Shown here: in pieces, positions 56,427 through 64,000 of the stretch
Numbering within the stretch: position 1 is the first letter of the stretch
Layout: each line of letters starts with the position of its first letter
Origin: an uncultured Bacilli bacterium
GTDB taxonomy: Bacteria; Bacillota_I; Bacilli_A; RF39; UBA660
Direction: 5' to 3'
Length of the DNA stretch: 64,000 nt
Assembly: GCA_934119965.1 (NCBI GenBank)
Contig: CAKOTA010000002.1
Span: 37,988 to 101,987, forward strand
The notes under the pieces: generated by a model
What the model was told of the DNA's origin: nothing
What the model saw: only the letters and a program-made list of their open reading frames with translations
The model's database searches: none
Translations under genes and position numbers: made by a program

Positions 56427-58166
56427 TTAGTTTTTATCTATTTTAAATGTTACTTGATAGCTATCTTCAAAATCTATTTCTTCGGTATCAATTGTAAATC
56501 CAAATCTTTCAATTGTGGCTGCACATTCCCTAATTGTATTAATTACTGTTTTTAAATCAGCTGTTGCCAATTTTTTTTGTTCTGGTAATTGTACTTTTAT
56601 CTCACCCATATCATCAAATTTTACTGTTTCAGGTTGTGAATAAGTTGATTGATATGGTTCTGGTGTCTTAGCAGTTTCTTGAGTAAATGAATTTTCATCA
56701 TTCAATGAAAATGGAGTAAATGTTTGCGTAAAATCCATTGTCTTATCCAAATCTGAGTTATTTTTAACAGGTTGTTCCATTGTAAAGACATTTGGAACTG
56801 GATCTGAATTTTCAATAATTGGTTCAGATGGTATTCCATAATTGAAAGAATTTTCTTTACTTGGTTCTTGTGGTGTTGCTGGTTCTAATGGATTATTAAA
56901 CTTAAATTCTGGCTCTATTTTTGGTTCACCAAAATCCATATTTACTTCTTTACTTTCTAGGTCCTTTACATAATTTGGATTTGTATCTTCTTCTCTATTG
57001 AACATGTTGAAAAATTTTCCACTATTCATTCCAAATGGTAATGAATTTTCTTCTTTTTCTTCTTGGCTTGGTACTTGTTGCATTGGTGATTCTGGCTCAG
57101 CCATTTTAGGATTGTTAGAAGTATCTAATAATTTATCCATGTCTGGGATTGGTGCTGGTTCTTTGTAAATATCTTCAGCATTAGTAACAATCTTATCAAC
57201 ATCCATAAAACCTGGATTTACTGATTGTTGTTGAGTTTCTTCATTTGGTTTATTAAATATATCAAAATTAGTTGATTGAGAATTTTCAGCTACTGTTTCA
57301 TTTGGCATTTCATAATTAAATGAATTTTCTTCTTTAATTGGTTCTATTGGAGTTATTGTTTCAATATTATCTTTTGACTCATTAATTTGATTAATATCAT
57401 TAAAATTAGTAGGAATTCCAAAATCTAATGTTTCTAAATTTCCTTTTTTTGATTCTTGTGGTTCTACGATTGGTTCCGTAGGTATATTCATATCTTTAAA
57501 GATGTCTTCGTTCATATCATTATTCCTTTCTTTTGTTAATTGTTCTCCAGTTGGATTTTCTTTTAACATTTTTTCAATTTCTTCATCAGCTTTTCTTACT
57601 GTTAATCTTTCATTTATAATTCTACTTAACATTACAGGTTGTAAATCATTACTTAATCTTAATAATGATCTTGCATGTCTTTCTGATATTTTTCCTTGCA
57701 TTAATGCTTCTTGGACATCCTCATTTAAATTTAATAATCTCAATTTATTAGCAATTGTTGATTGTGTTTTACCTAATTTTTCACCCAAAGTTATTTGGTT
57801 TAAGTAACCCATATCTAATATTTTTTTATAAGAAATTGCTTCTTCAATTGGAGTTAAATTTTGTCTTTGAATATTTTCTATAAGAGCTATTTCAGCACTT
57901 TCTTTATCATCTAATGTAGTTATTATAGCAGGTATTTCTTTTTTACCAGCCAATACACTTGCTTTATATCTTCTTTCTCCAGCAATGATTTCATATTTAT
58001 CGCTTATTTTTCTTACTACTATTGGTTGAATTACACCATGTATTTTAATTGATTCTGCTAATTCATTGATTGCTTTTTCATCAAATTGAATTCTTGGTTG
58101 AAATCTGTTTGGTAATACATCATCAATATTAAGAATTTTAATTTCTCTATTGTCCACTATAGTCAC
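56427..58166 (-). CDS. noc: Noc-like ParB-family protein with long low-complexity insertion
   Basis: N-terminal ..LPNRFQPRIQFDEKAINELAESIKIHGVIQPIVV..YEIIAGERRYKAS.. and HTH KTQSTIANKLRLLNLNEDVQEALMQGKISERHARSLLRL (Noc-type). About aa 200-530 is Pro/Glu/Asn-rich. The C-terminus is ..VINTIRECAATIERFGFTIDTEEIDFEDSYQVTFKIDKN. It sits directly after rsmG. The start is GTG 58166 or GTG 58157. Confidence 0.8.
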   Translation of the reverse strand: MTIVDNREIKILNIDDVLPNRFQPRIQFDEKAINELAESIKIHGVIQPIVVRKISDKYEIIAGERRYKASVLAGKKEIPAIITTLDDKESAEIALIENIQRQNLTPIEEAISYKKILDMGYLNQITLGEKLGKTQSTIANKLRLLNLNEDVQEALMQGKISERHARSLLRLSNDLQPVMLSRIINERLTVRKADEEIEKMLKENPTGEQLTKERNNDMNEDIFKDMNIPTEPIVEPQESKKGNLETLDFGIPTNFNDINQINESKDNIETITPIEPIKEENSFNYEMPNETVAENSQSTNFDIFNKPNEETQQQSVNPGFMDVDKIVTNAEDIYKEPAPIPDMDKLLDTSNNPKMAEPESPMQQVPSQEEKEENSLPFGMNSGKFFNMFNREEDTNPNYVKDLESKEVNMDFGEPKIEPEFKFNNPLEPATPQEPSKENSFNYGIPSEPIIENSDPVPNVFTMEQPVKNNSDLDKTMDFTQTFTPFSLNDENSFTQETAKTPEPYQSTYSQPETVKFDDMGEIKVQLPEQKKLATADLKTVINTIRECAATIERFGFTIDTEEIDFEDSYQVTFKIDKN

Positions 58167-58197
58167 CCCTAACTACTTTACTCTTATTTTATGATAC

Positions 58198-58237
58198 TAT
58201 ATTTTGGGAAATATTACAATATATTTTGGGAAATATT
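58198..58237. repeat. tandem direct repeat (2 x 18 nt, 22-nt period) upstream of the noc-like gene
   Basis: TATATTTTGGGAAATATT at 58198-58215 and 58220-58237, perfect copies separated by ACAA. Located 32-71 nt upstream of the noc start and below the rsmG terminator. Confidence 0.85.
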
Positions 58238-58279
58238 TTAATATTATTATTGATATCTAAATTATCAAATGAATTTTTA

Positions 58280-58311
58280 TAAAAAAATGTAGATATTTTT
58301 TGTATCTACAT
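58280..58311 (-). terminator. rho-independent terminator after rsmG
   Basis: 9-bp stem ATGTAGATA/TATCTACAT (58287-58295, 58303-58311) followed by T7 on the minus strand. Confidence 0.7.
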
Positions 58312-58331
58312 TTATCTTACAACTTCAAATT

Positions 58332-59033
58332 TTATAATCTTTTTTTCTTTATTTCGCTATATTTTCTAGGATATTTTTTGTTATCTTTCAGTTTTTCAAA
58401 CAATAAAATTGTTCTAGTACTTCCTTCAATTGGTAATTTAAATTCTTCTTTTTTTATCAATCTAACATTTAATTCATTAATAGCATTATTTATTTCTTTT
58501 AGTTCCTCAGTCATATTAGCCTTTAATGGAATAAAATATCCATTTATTTTAGTTAAAGGGATAGCATATTCTAATAAAATAGAGGTATGTGCGACAGCTC
58601 TTGCTGTTGTAACATCAAATTTATTTCTATTTTTTAATGCATAATCCTCAGCTCTAGAATGAATTACTTCAATATTCTTAAGGTTTAATTTATCAATTAC
58701 TACTTTTAAAAACTCTACTCTTTTATTTAAAGAATCTAATAAAGTAATTTTTAAGTTGGGAAATACTATTTTTAAAACTAATCCTGGAAAACCAGCACCT
58801 GTTCCTATATCACATAATGAATTAATGCTATTTAAATCTATTACCTTAGCAAGAGTTAAAGAATCATAAAAATGTTTTAAATATACTTCTTCATAATCAG
58901 TAATGCCAGTTAAATTCATTACTTTATTGTATTCAATTAATAGATTATAATATTCATTTAATTGATCTAATTGATTTTGTGTTAATGATATATTAATTAA
59001 TTTTAGTTCCTCAATAAATCTATTTTGATTCAT
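58332..59033 (-). CDS. rsmG: 16S rRNA (guanine527-N7)-methyltransferase RsmG
   Basis: ...KVMNLTGITDYEEVYLKHFYDSL...LCDIGTGAGFPGLVLKI... Overlaps the mnmG 3' end. Confidence 0.93.
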   Translation of the reverse strand: MNQNRFIEELKLINISLTQNQLDQLNEYYNLLIEYNKVMNLTGITDYEEVYLKHFYDSLTLAKVIDLNSINSLCDIGTGAGFPGLVLKIVFPNLKITLLDSLNKRVEFLKVVIDKLNLKNIEVIHSRAEDYALKNRNKFDVTTARAVAHTSILLEYAIPLTKINGYFIPLKANMTEELKEINNAINELNVRLIKKEEFKLPIEGSTRTILLFEKLKDNKKYPRKYSEIKKKRL

Positions 59034-60918
59034 TTTTATACTCCTTTTTTAAATATACCATTAAAATAGAAATATCTGCTGGATTTACTCCACTTATTCT
59101 TAAAGCTTGACCAATTGAAGTAGGCATTACTTCTTTTAATTTTTGTCTTGCTTCGCTAGCAATATTTTTAATATTATCATAATTAATATCTTCAGGTATT
59201 TTTTTATTTTCTAGTTTAATCATTTTTTCGGCTTCTTTAATAGCTTTATTTATATACCCTTCATATTTAATGTTAATCTCTACTTCTTCTTCTATTTCTT
59301 TGTCATATTTTATATCAATTAAATTTTCTTTTCTTAAATTTTCTAATGTTATTTCTGGTCTTTTTAAAAAGCTATAAGCACTTATACCATCTTTCAATGG
59401 AGTAGTATTTAAATTATTAAATTTTTCTAAATTATCTTTAGATGGAGTAATCTTAATATTTTGAAGTTCTTTAGTCATTTTTTCAATATTATTTATTTTA
59501 TTTAAATATCTATTATATTGTTCTTCATTAATTAATCCTACTTCATAACCATGTTTTCTTAATCTCAAATCAGCATTATCGTGTCTTAATAATAAACGAT
59601 ATTCTGCTCTTGAAGTTAATAATCTATATGGATCTCTTATTCCCTTTGTAACTAAATCATCAATTAATACACCAATATATGCTTCATTACGACCTAATAT
59701 TAATGGTTCTTTTTGTTCTAATTTTAAAGCAGCATTTATACCAGCAATTAAACCTTGGCAAGCTGCTTCTTCATAGCCACTTGTTCCATTAATTTGTCCA
59801 GCGGTAAATAAATTTTCTATTAGTTTTGTTTCTAATGATTGTTTTAATTGAGTTGGATATATTGAATCATATTCAATTGCATATGCATATTTTAATATTT
59901 TTGCGTGTTCCAATCCTGGTAAACTATGAACCATTTTTTCTTGAATATCATATGGCATACTTGTTGAAAATCCTTGTAAATAAATAGTATTACCATAGGT
60001 TGGATCATCACTAATTCTACTTTCAGGTTCTAAAAATAATTGATGTCTTTCCTTATCGGCAAATCTTACAACCTTATCTTCAATTGATGGACAATATCTT
60101 GGTCCGATTCCTTTAATATCATCTAATCCACCATACATACTTGATTTATTTAAATTTTCTCTTATTATTTTATGAGTTTCTTCAGTTGTATAAGTTAAAT
60201 GACAAGGAACTTGTTCTTCTATTTTATATAAAGGTTTTAAATCAAAGGAAAATGTTAAATATTCAGGATCACCTAATTCTATTCGTGTTTTTGAAAAATC
60301 AATTGTATTTATATCTATTCTTTGAGGTGTACCTGTTTTAAGTCTTTTTATTTTAAAACCTAATTTTTCTAAATTTTCACTTAAATAATTAGATGGTTTT
60401 TCGCCATGTGGACCTTGTCTTGTTCTAGTACTTCCAACTAGTATATCAGCTTTTAAATATGTTCCAGTTGTTAAAATAACTGCATCACCATATATTTTTG
60501 TACCATCTTCTAAAATAACACCAATTACTTTGTTATTTTCTACGATCAAGTTTTCAACTATACCTTCTTTTATTTCTAAATTATCTTGTTGTTTCATAAT
60601 TTCTAACATTTTTTTAGGATATGTTATTTTATCACCTTGAGCTCTTAATGATCTAATAGCGGGACCTTTTTTATTATTAAGCATTTTTATTTGAATATGA
60701 GTCATATCTGCAGTTTTTCCCATTTGTCCGCCTAAAGCATCTATTTCTCTTACAACTATTCCTTTAGCTGAGCCACCTATTGATGGATTACAAGGCATAT
60801 CTGCAATATTTTTAATATTTCCCGTTACCAATAAAGTTTTATGTCCTTTACGAGAAGCCGCTAAAGACGCTTCACATCCGGCATGTCCGCCACCTACTAC
60901 AATGATTTCATATTTCAT
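59020..60918 (-). CDS. mnmG: tRNA uridine 5-carboxymethylaminomethyl modification enzyme MnmG
   Basis: MKYEIIVVGGGHAGCEA..., ...GPRYCPSIEDKVVRF..., ...AGQINGTSGYEEAA... Start ATG 60918 behind AAGGAAG (the track start is a GTG 3 codons upstream). Confidence 0.96.
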   Translation of the reverse strand: MKYEIIVVGGGHAGCEASLAASRKGHKTLLVTGNIKNIADMPCNPSIGGSAKGIVVREIDALGGQMGKTADMTHIQIKMLNNKKGPAIRSLRAQGDKITYPKKMLEIMKQQDNLEIKEGIVENLIVENNKVIGVILEDGTKIYGDAVILTTGTYLKADILVGSTRTRQGPHGEKPSNYLSENLEKLGFKIKRLKTGTPQRIDINTIDFSKTRIELGDPEYLTFSFDLKPLYKIEEQVPCHLTYTTEETHKIIRENLNKSSMYGGLDDIKGIGPRYCPSIEDKVVRFADKERHQLFLEPESRISDDPTYGNTIYLQGFSTSMPYDIQEKMVHSLPGLEHAKILKYAYAIEYDSIYPTQLKQSLETKLIENLFTAGQINGTSGYEEAACQGLIAGINAALKLEQKEPLILGRNEAYIGVLIDDLVTKGIRDPYRLLTSRAEYRLLLRHDNADLRLRKHGYEVGLINEEQYNRYLNKINNIEKMTKELQNIKITPSKDNLEKFNNLNTTPLKDGISAYSFLKRPEITLENLRKENLIDIKYDKEIEEEVEINIKYEGYINKAIKEAEKMIKLENKKIPEDINYDNIKNIASEARQKLKEVMPTSIGQALRISGVNPADISILMVYLKKEYKNESK

Positions 60919-60946
60919 ATAAAACACTTCCTTTTTAACTTTTCAT

Positions 60947-60975
60947 ATTATACTATCTTTTTAATTTTTATACAA
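60947..60975 (-). promoter_or_regulatory. candidate promoter of mnmG-rsmG
   Basis: Minus strand TTGTAT (60970-60975), 17 nt, TATAAT (60947-60952). Confidence 0.45.
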
Positions 60976-60979
60976 TATT

Positions 60980-61005
60980 AAAAAAATAAGTTTTTTTAAC
61001 TTATT
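60980..61005 (-). terminator. weak A/U-rich hairpin terminator overlapping the mnmE stop
   Basis: 8-bp stem AATAAGTT/AACTTATT, 5-nt loop, T-run on the minus strand. Confidence 0.35.
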
Positions 61006-62347
61006 TTCCTAAACAAAATCTACTAAATAATTCATCTATCAATTCTTCTTCATAGGTATCACCTATTATTTCACCTAATAAATTCCAAATATTTTTAATA
61101 TCCAATTCAATCATATCAATAGGCATATTATTATTGATATTTTTTTCTAATTCATTTATTTGTTCATTTACTTTTTTTAAAATTGCTACACTTCTAGCAC
61201 TTGTTAAATAAGTCATATCTTCTTTTTCAATTTGTTCTAAATTAAATATTTTTTTAATGGTATTCTTTAATTCATCTATTCCTTCATTATTTTTTGTACT
61301 AATATAAATAACATTATTTAATAAATTAGTGTTTAATTTTTTTTCTAAATCTATTTTATTAACAATTATAATATGATTTTTATTTTCTATTTTTTCTAAT
61401 AATTCTAATTCTTCTTTTGTTATTTCTTCATTGTTATTTAAAACAAATAAGATTAAATCTGAATTATCAATTAGTTCTAAACTTTTATCAACACCAATTT
61501 TTTCAACAATATTATCAGTATCTCTAATACCAGCTGTATCAATTATATTTAGTAAAATTCCATCAATATTTACTGTTCCTTCTACTATATCCCTTGTTGT
61601 TCCTTCAATATCAGTTACTATTGCTTTGTCTTCTTCTAATAAAGTATTAAGTAAACTACTTTTTCCAACATTTGGTTTACCTATTATTGATGTTTTAATT
61701 CCTTCTTTAATTATTTTACCATTATTTGATTTTTTTAATATATCTTCGATTTTTTCTTTTATATTTTTTATTTTTTCTTGTAATAGTGGAATAGTTACTT
61801 CTTCTACATCATCATATTCAGGATAGTCAATATTAACATTGATGTTTGCTAAAACTTGAACTAAATCTTCTCTTAAATTTCTAATTAAATTAGATACTTT
61901 TCCACTTAATTGATTAATTGCTAAATCACGAGCTTTATCAGTTTTAGCCTCAATTAAATCCATTATTCCTTCTGCTTCTTCTAAATCAATTCTTCCATTT
62001 AAAAAAGCTCTTTTAGTAAATTCACCTGGTTCGGCTAAGCGACAACCTTTCATTAATAATAATTCTAAAATTTTATTCGTTGTACTGATTCCGCCGTGAC
62101 AGTTAATTTCTACAATGTCTTCAGTTGTAAATGTTTTAGGTGCTAACATAACTGATACTAAAACTTCATCAATTATTTCATTATTTTTTTTAATATAACC
62201 GTAATGAATAGTATGTGATGCTACTTTAGTTAAATCTTTTGTAAATATTTTACTAACAATTTTAGTTGCTTCTTCACCACTAATTCTTATAATTGAAATA
62301 GCTCCTACTCCTAAAGCTGTAGATATTGCTGCTATTGTATCATTCAT
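61001..62347 (-). CDS. mnmE: tRNA modification GTPase MnmE
   Basis: MNDTIAAISTALGVGAISIIRISG..., G1 GKPNVGKSSL, DTAGIR, C-terminal ...FCLGK. Start ATG 62347 overlaps the HD-gene stop (ATGAATGA). Confidence 0.95.
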   Translation of the reverse strand: MNDTIAAISTALGVGAISIIRISGEEATKIVSKIFTKDLTKVASHTIHYGYIKKNNEIIDEVLVSVMLAPKTFTTEDIVEINCHGGISTTNKILELLLMKGCRLAEPGEFTKRAFLNGRIDLEEAEGIMDLIEAKTDKARDLAINQLSGKVSNLIRNLREDLVQVLANINVNIDYPEYDDVEEVTIPLLQEKIKNIKEKIEDILKKSNNGKIIKEGIKTSIIGKPNVGKSSLLNTLLEEDKAIVTDIEGTTRDIVEGTVNIDGILLNIIDTAGIRDTDNIVEKIGVDKSLELIDNSDLILFVLNNNEEITKEELELLEKIENKNHIIIVNKIDLEKKLNTNLLNNVIYISTKNNEGIDELKNTIKKIFNLEQIEKEDMTYLTSARSVAILKKVNEQINELEKNINNNMPIDMIELDIKNIWNLLGEIIGDTYEEELIDELFSRFCLGK

Positions 62348-62849
62348 TTTTTTCACGCACCTTTCTTTTAATACCAATTAACATTGGTAATGATTTTGGA
62401 TGTTTAAATACTTCTAGAGAAACATATTTATCAGCAATATTAACAATCCAACCTTCAGCATATTTTGGAGGTATTTTATTTAATGGAAACATATGTCTTA
62501 AAATAGAATTTTCTATTTTTTCATTTAATAAATCAGGAAAATAAATTCTTGAATTTAGTAATGCATCTCTAGCGTGAGTAAAACCATGTTTTTGAAAAAA
62601 TTTTTCTTTAGATATTTTTTTTTGCCAATCTTCACAATAAAAATCATGTAATAATCCAGCAATTGCTGCACTTTTATAATCTTTATTAAATTTTTTAGCA
62701 ATTACATATGCTACTTTTGAAACTGCTAAACAATGTGTATAAACACTAATATCTCCATGATGTTTATAATATTTTCTTCTTTGAAATTCACTACTATTTA
62801 GAATAGGATTTACTATTTCATAATATTCAACTTTATCTTTAAATGTCAT
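62340..62849 (-). CDS. HD-domain phosphohydrolase family protein
   Basis: ...HCLAVSKVAYVIAKKF...AGLLHDFY... (H...HD pattern). Confidence 0.6.
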   Translation of the reverse strand: MTFKDKVEYYEIVNPILNSSEFQRRKYYKHHGDISVYTHCLAVSKVAYVIAKKFNKDYKSAAIAGLLHDFYCEDWQKKISKEKFFQKHGFTHARDALLNSRIYFPDLLNEKIENSILRHMFPLNKIPPKYAEGWIVNIADKYVSLEVFKHPKSLPMLIGIKRKVREKNE

Positions 62850-62883
62850 AATATCATCCTTTCTAAAAAAATATAATCAATGA

Positions 62884-63498
62884 TTATATTTCTTTGTATT
62901 TTATAGTTATATGTCTTTCAAGTCCTTCGCCAATACTTTCAGTTTCTAGTTCAGGATATTCACTAATTATTGTATGAACAAATCTTCTTTCATATGAGTT
63001 CATAGGGTCTAATGAAGCTGTTACTTTTGAAGATTTTACTTCTTCAGCTACTTCACGAACTATTTTTTCAATATTTTTCATTTTTTTCATCTTATAATTT
63101 GAAACATCTAAATTAATTTTTAAATTCATACCTGTTTTATTTCTAACAATTTGTCTTACTAAATTTTGTAATGAATTTAATATTTTTCCTTCTCTACCAA
63201 TTAATATTGAATTATTATTAGATACTAAAGTAACATTAAATATATCATCTGTACTTAATATTTCAGTATCTATTACTATATTCATACCCTTTCCTATTGT
63301 TTTTATAACTTCATTTATTAAATTATTTACATCTTCTTTTTTGATAGCAGTTGCAATATATTTTTGAGCTTTAAATAATTTTCCTTCTATAAAATCATAT
63401 TTTATTAACAAATCTGTTAAATCACATTTTAATTCAGAACATATTTTTTCGTTTAATTCTTCTTTTTCTTTTGCTTCATAAGTTAATACATTTATCAT
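62884..63498 (-). CDS. jag: Jag/KhpB RNA-binding protein (KH + R3H)
   Basis: ...LIGREGKILNSLQNLVRQIV... (KH) and ...PMNSYERRFVHTIISEYPELETESIGEGLERHITIK (R3H). Conserved position after yidC. Confidence 0.9.
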   Translation of the reverse strand: MINVLTYEAKEKEELNEKICSELKCDLTDLLIKYDFIEGKLFKAQKYIATAIKKEDVNNLINEVIKTIGKGMNIVIDTEILSTDDIFNVTLVSNNNSILIGREGKILNSLQNLVRQIVRNKTGMNLKINLDVSNYKMKKMKNIEKIVREVAEEVKSSKVTASLDPMNSYERRFVHTIISEYPELETESIGEGLERHITIKYKEI

Positions 63499-64000
63499 TT
63501 TCTTTTACTCCTTTTTACTAATAAATTTTGGAATATTGTAAATGCACTAGATGTAATCCAATAGATTGCTATTCCGGTTGAGATTGTAAATGATGCAATA
63601 ATCATTGTAATCATCATTATATTTTTCATCATTTTCATTTGTTCTTCTTGTTCTTTACTCATACTTGCTCCACTATTTAATTTAAATGAGTAATATGTTG
63701 TTAAAATTACTAATAAAATTAAAATTATGTATTTGAATTCTCCGTGAGTTAATAGTGCAACAGCTGGACTTGTACCTAATTGTAATGTTAAGAAAGTTCC
63801 TTCAAATAACACTGGAATTCTATTTATTGCTTCTAAGAATGCAAAGAATAATGGAATTTGTAAAAATGAGAATAAACAACCAGACAATGGTTTTATATCA
63901 TATTTTTTATAAATAAGTAACATTTCTTGTGATTTTTGCATCATTGATTGTTGATCATTTTTATTTGCATATTTTTTTTCTAATTTAGTTAATTCTGGTT
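63495..64000 (-). CDS. yidC: membrane protein insertase YidC/SpoIIIJ, C-terminal part (5' end beyond window)
   Basis: ...PELTKLEKKYANKNDQQSMMQKSQEMLLIYKKYDIKPLSGCLFSFLQIPLFFAFLEAI... The reading frame stays open to bp 64000. Confidence 0.88.
   Translation of the reverse strand, partial: PELTKLEKKYANKNDQQSMMQKSQEMLLIYKKYDIKPLSGCLFSFLQIPLFFAFLEAINRIPVLFEGTFLTLQLGTSPAVALLTHGEFKYIILILLVILTTYYSFKLNSGASMSKEQEEQMKMMKNIMMITMIIASFTISTGIAIYWITSSAFTIFQNLLVKRSKRK

Noticed and set aside
58198-58237. The possibility that the 18-nt tandem repeat is a minimal CRISPR array
   Set aside because: There are only two units, separated by a 4-nt spacer. There are no cas genes and no further repeats. I report it instead as a candidate regulatory site.
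1-64000. Mollicutes-type genetic code (TGA = Trp), considered because of the very low GC and reduced gene set
   Set aside because: Long conserved genes are intact under the standard code. Trp positions use TGG, as in the WRQKG of L4 and WEGGLAIHGG of Lgt. TGA also acts as a genuine stop at correctly sized gene ends (parB 38119, MscS 37329, HD gene 62340).

Overview
AT-rich, low-GC Bacillota-type chromosomal segment using the standard code (TGG for Trp, TGA used as a stop). It appears to lie right beside the replication origin. The right end carries the canonical yidC-jag-(HD)-mnmE-mnmG-rsmG-noc string, and every gene except four small or accessory ones is on the minus strand. Most of the window is housekeeping: a complete S10-spc-alpha ribosomal-protein superoperon (rpsJ to rplQ, 16.1-30.2 kb; rpmJ found by hand, rpmD absent), ecfA1-ecfA2-ecfT-truA-rplM-rpsI, rpsF-ssb-rpsR, ychF, parA-parB, ftsH, tilS, trxB, lgt and uvrB. 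I recognised no rRNA, tRNA, CRISPR array, transposase or integrase. Two accessory patches stand out, at about 2.8-9.2 kb and 49.0-56.4 kb. Each has a DUF2207-type polytopic membrane protein ending in a Gly/Ser-rich tail, plus a paralogous secreted Ig-like (DUF5011-type) protein whose C-terminal domain differs between the two copies. Patch 1 adds DUF3592-LemA and a convergent XRE regulator; a 24-nt motif at the XRE promoter recurs upstream of the operon. Patch 2 adds a TOPRIM-less DnaG-type CHC2 zinc-finger protein and small orphans. Decayed genes (ParA, XRE and DUF2992 remnants) and a duplicated terminator module mark these patches. Other oddities are a noc-like ParB with a roughly 330-aa low-complexity insertion and a tandem 18-nt repeat upstream of it; an SDR plus orphan prepilin cassette bracketed by terminators at the rplQ/ecfA junction; and a 511-aa Lys/Asn-rich orphan between rpsR and rpsJ. 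All family calls come from motif recognition by eye, since no database search or folding program could be run.
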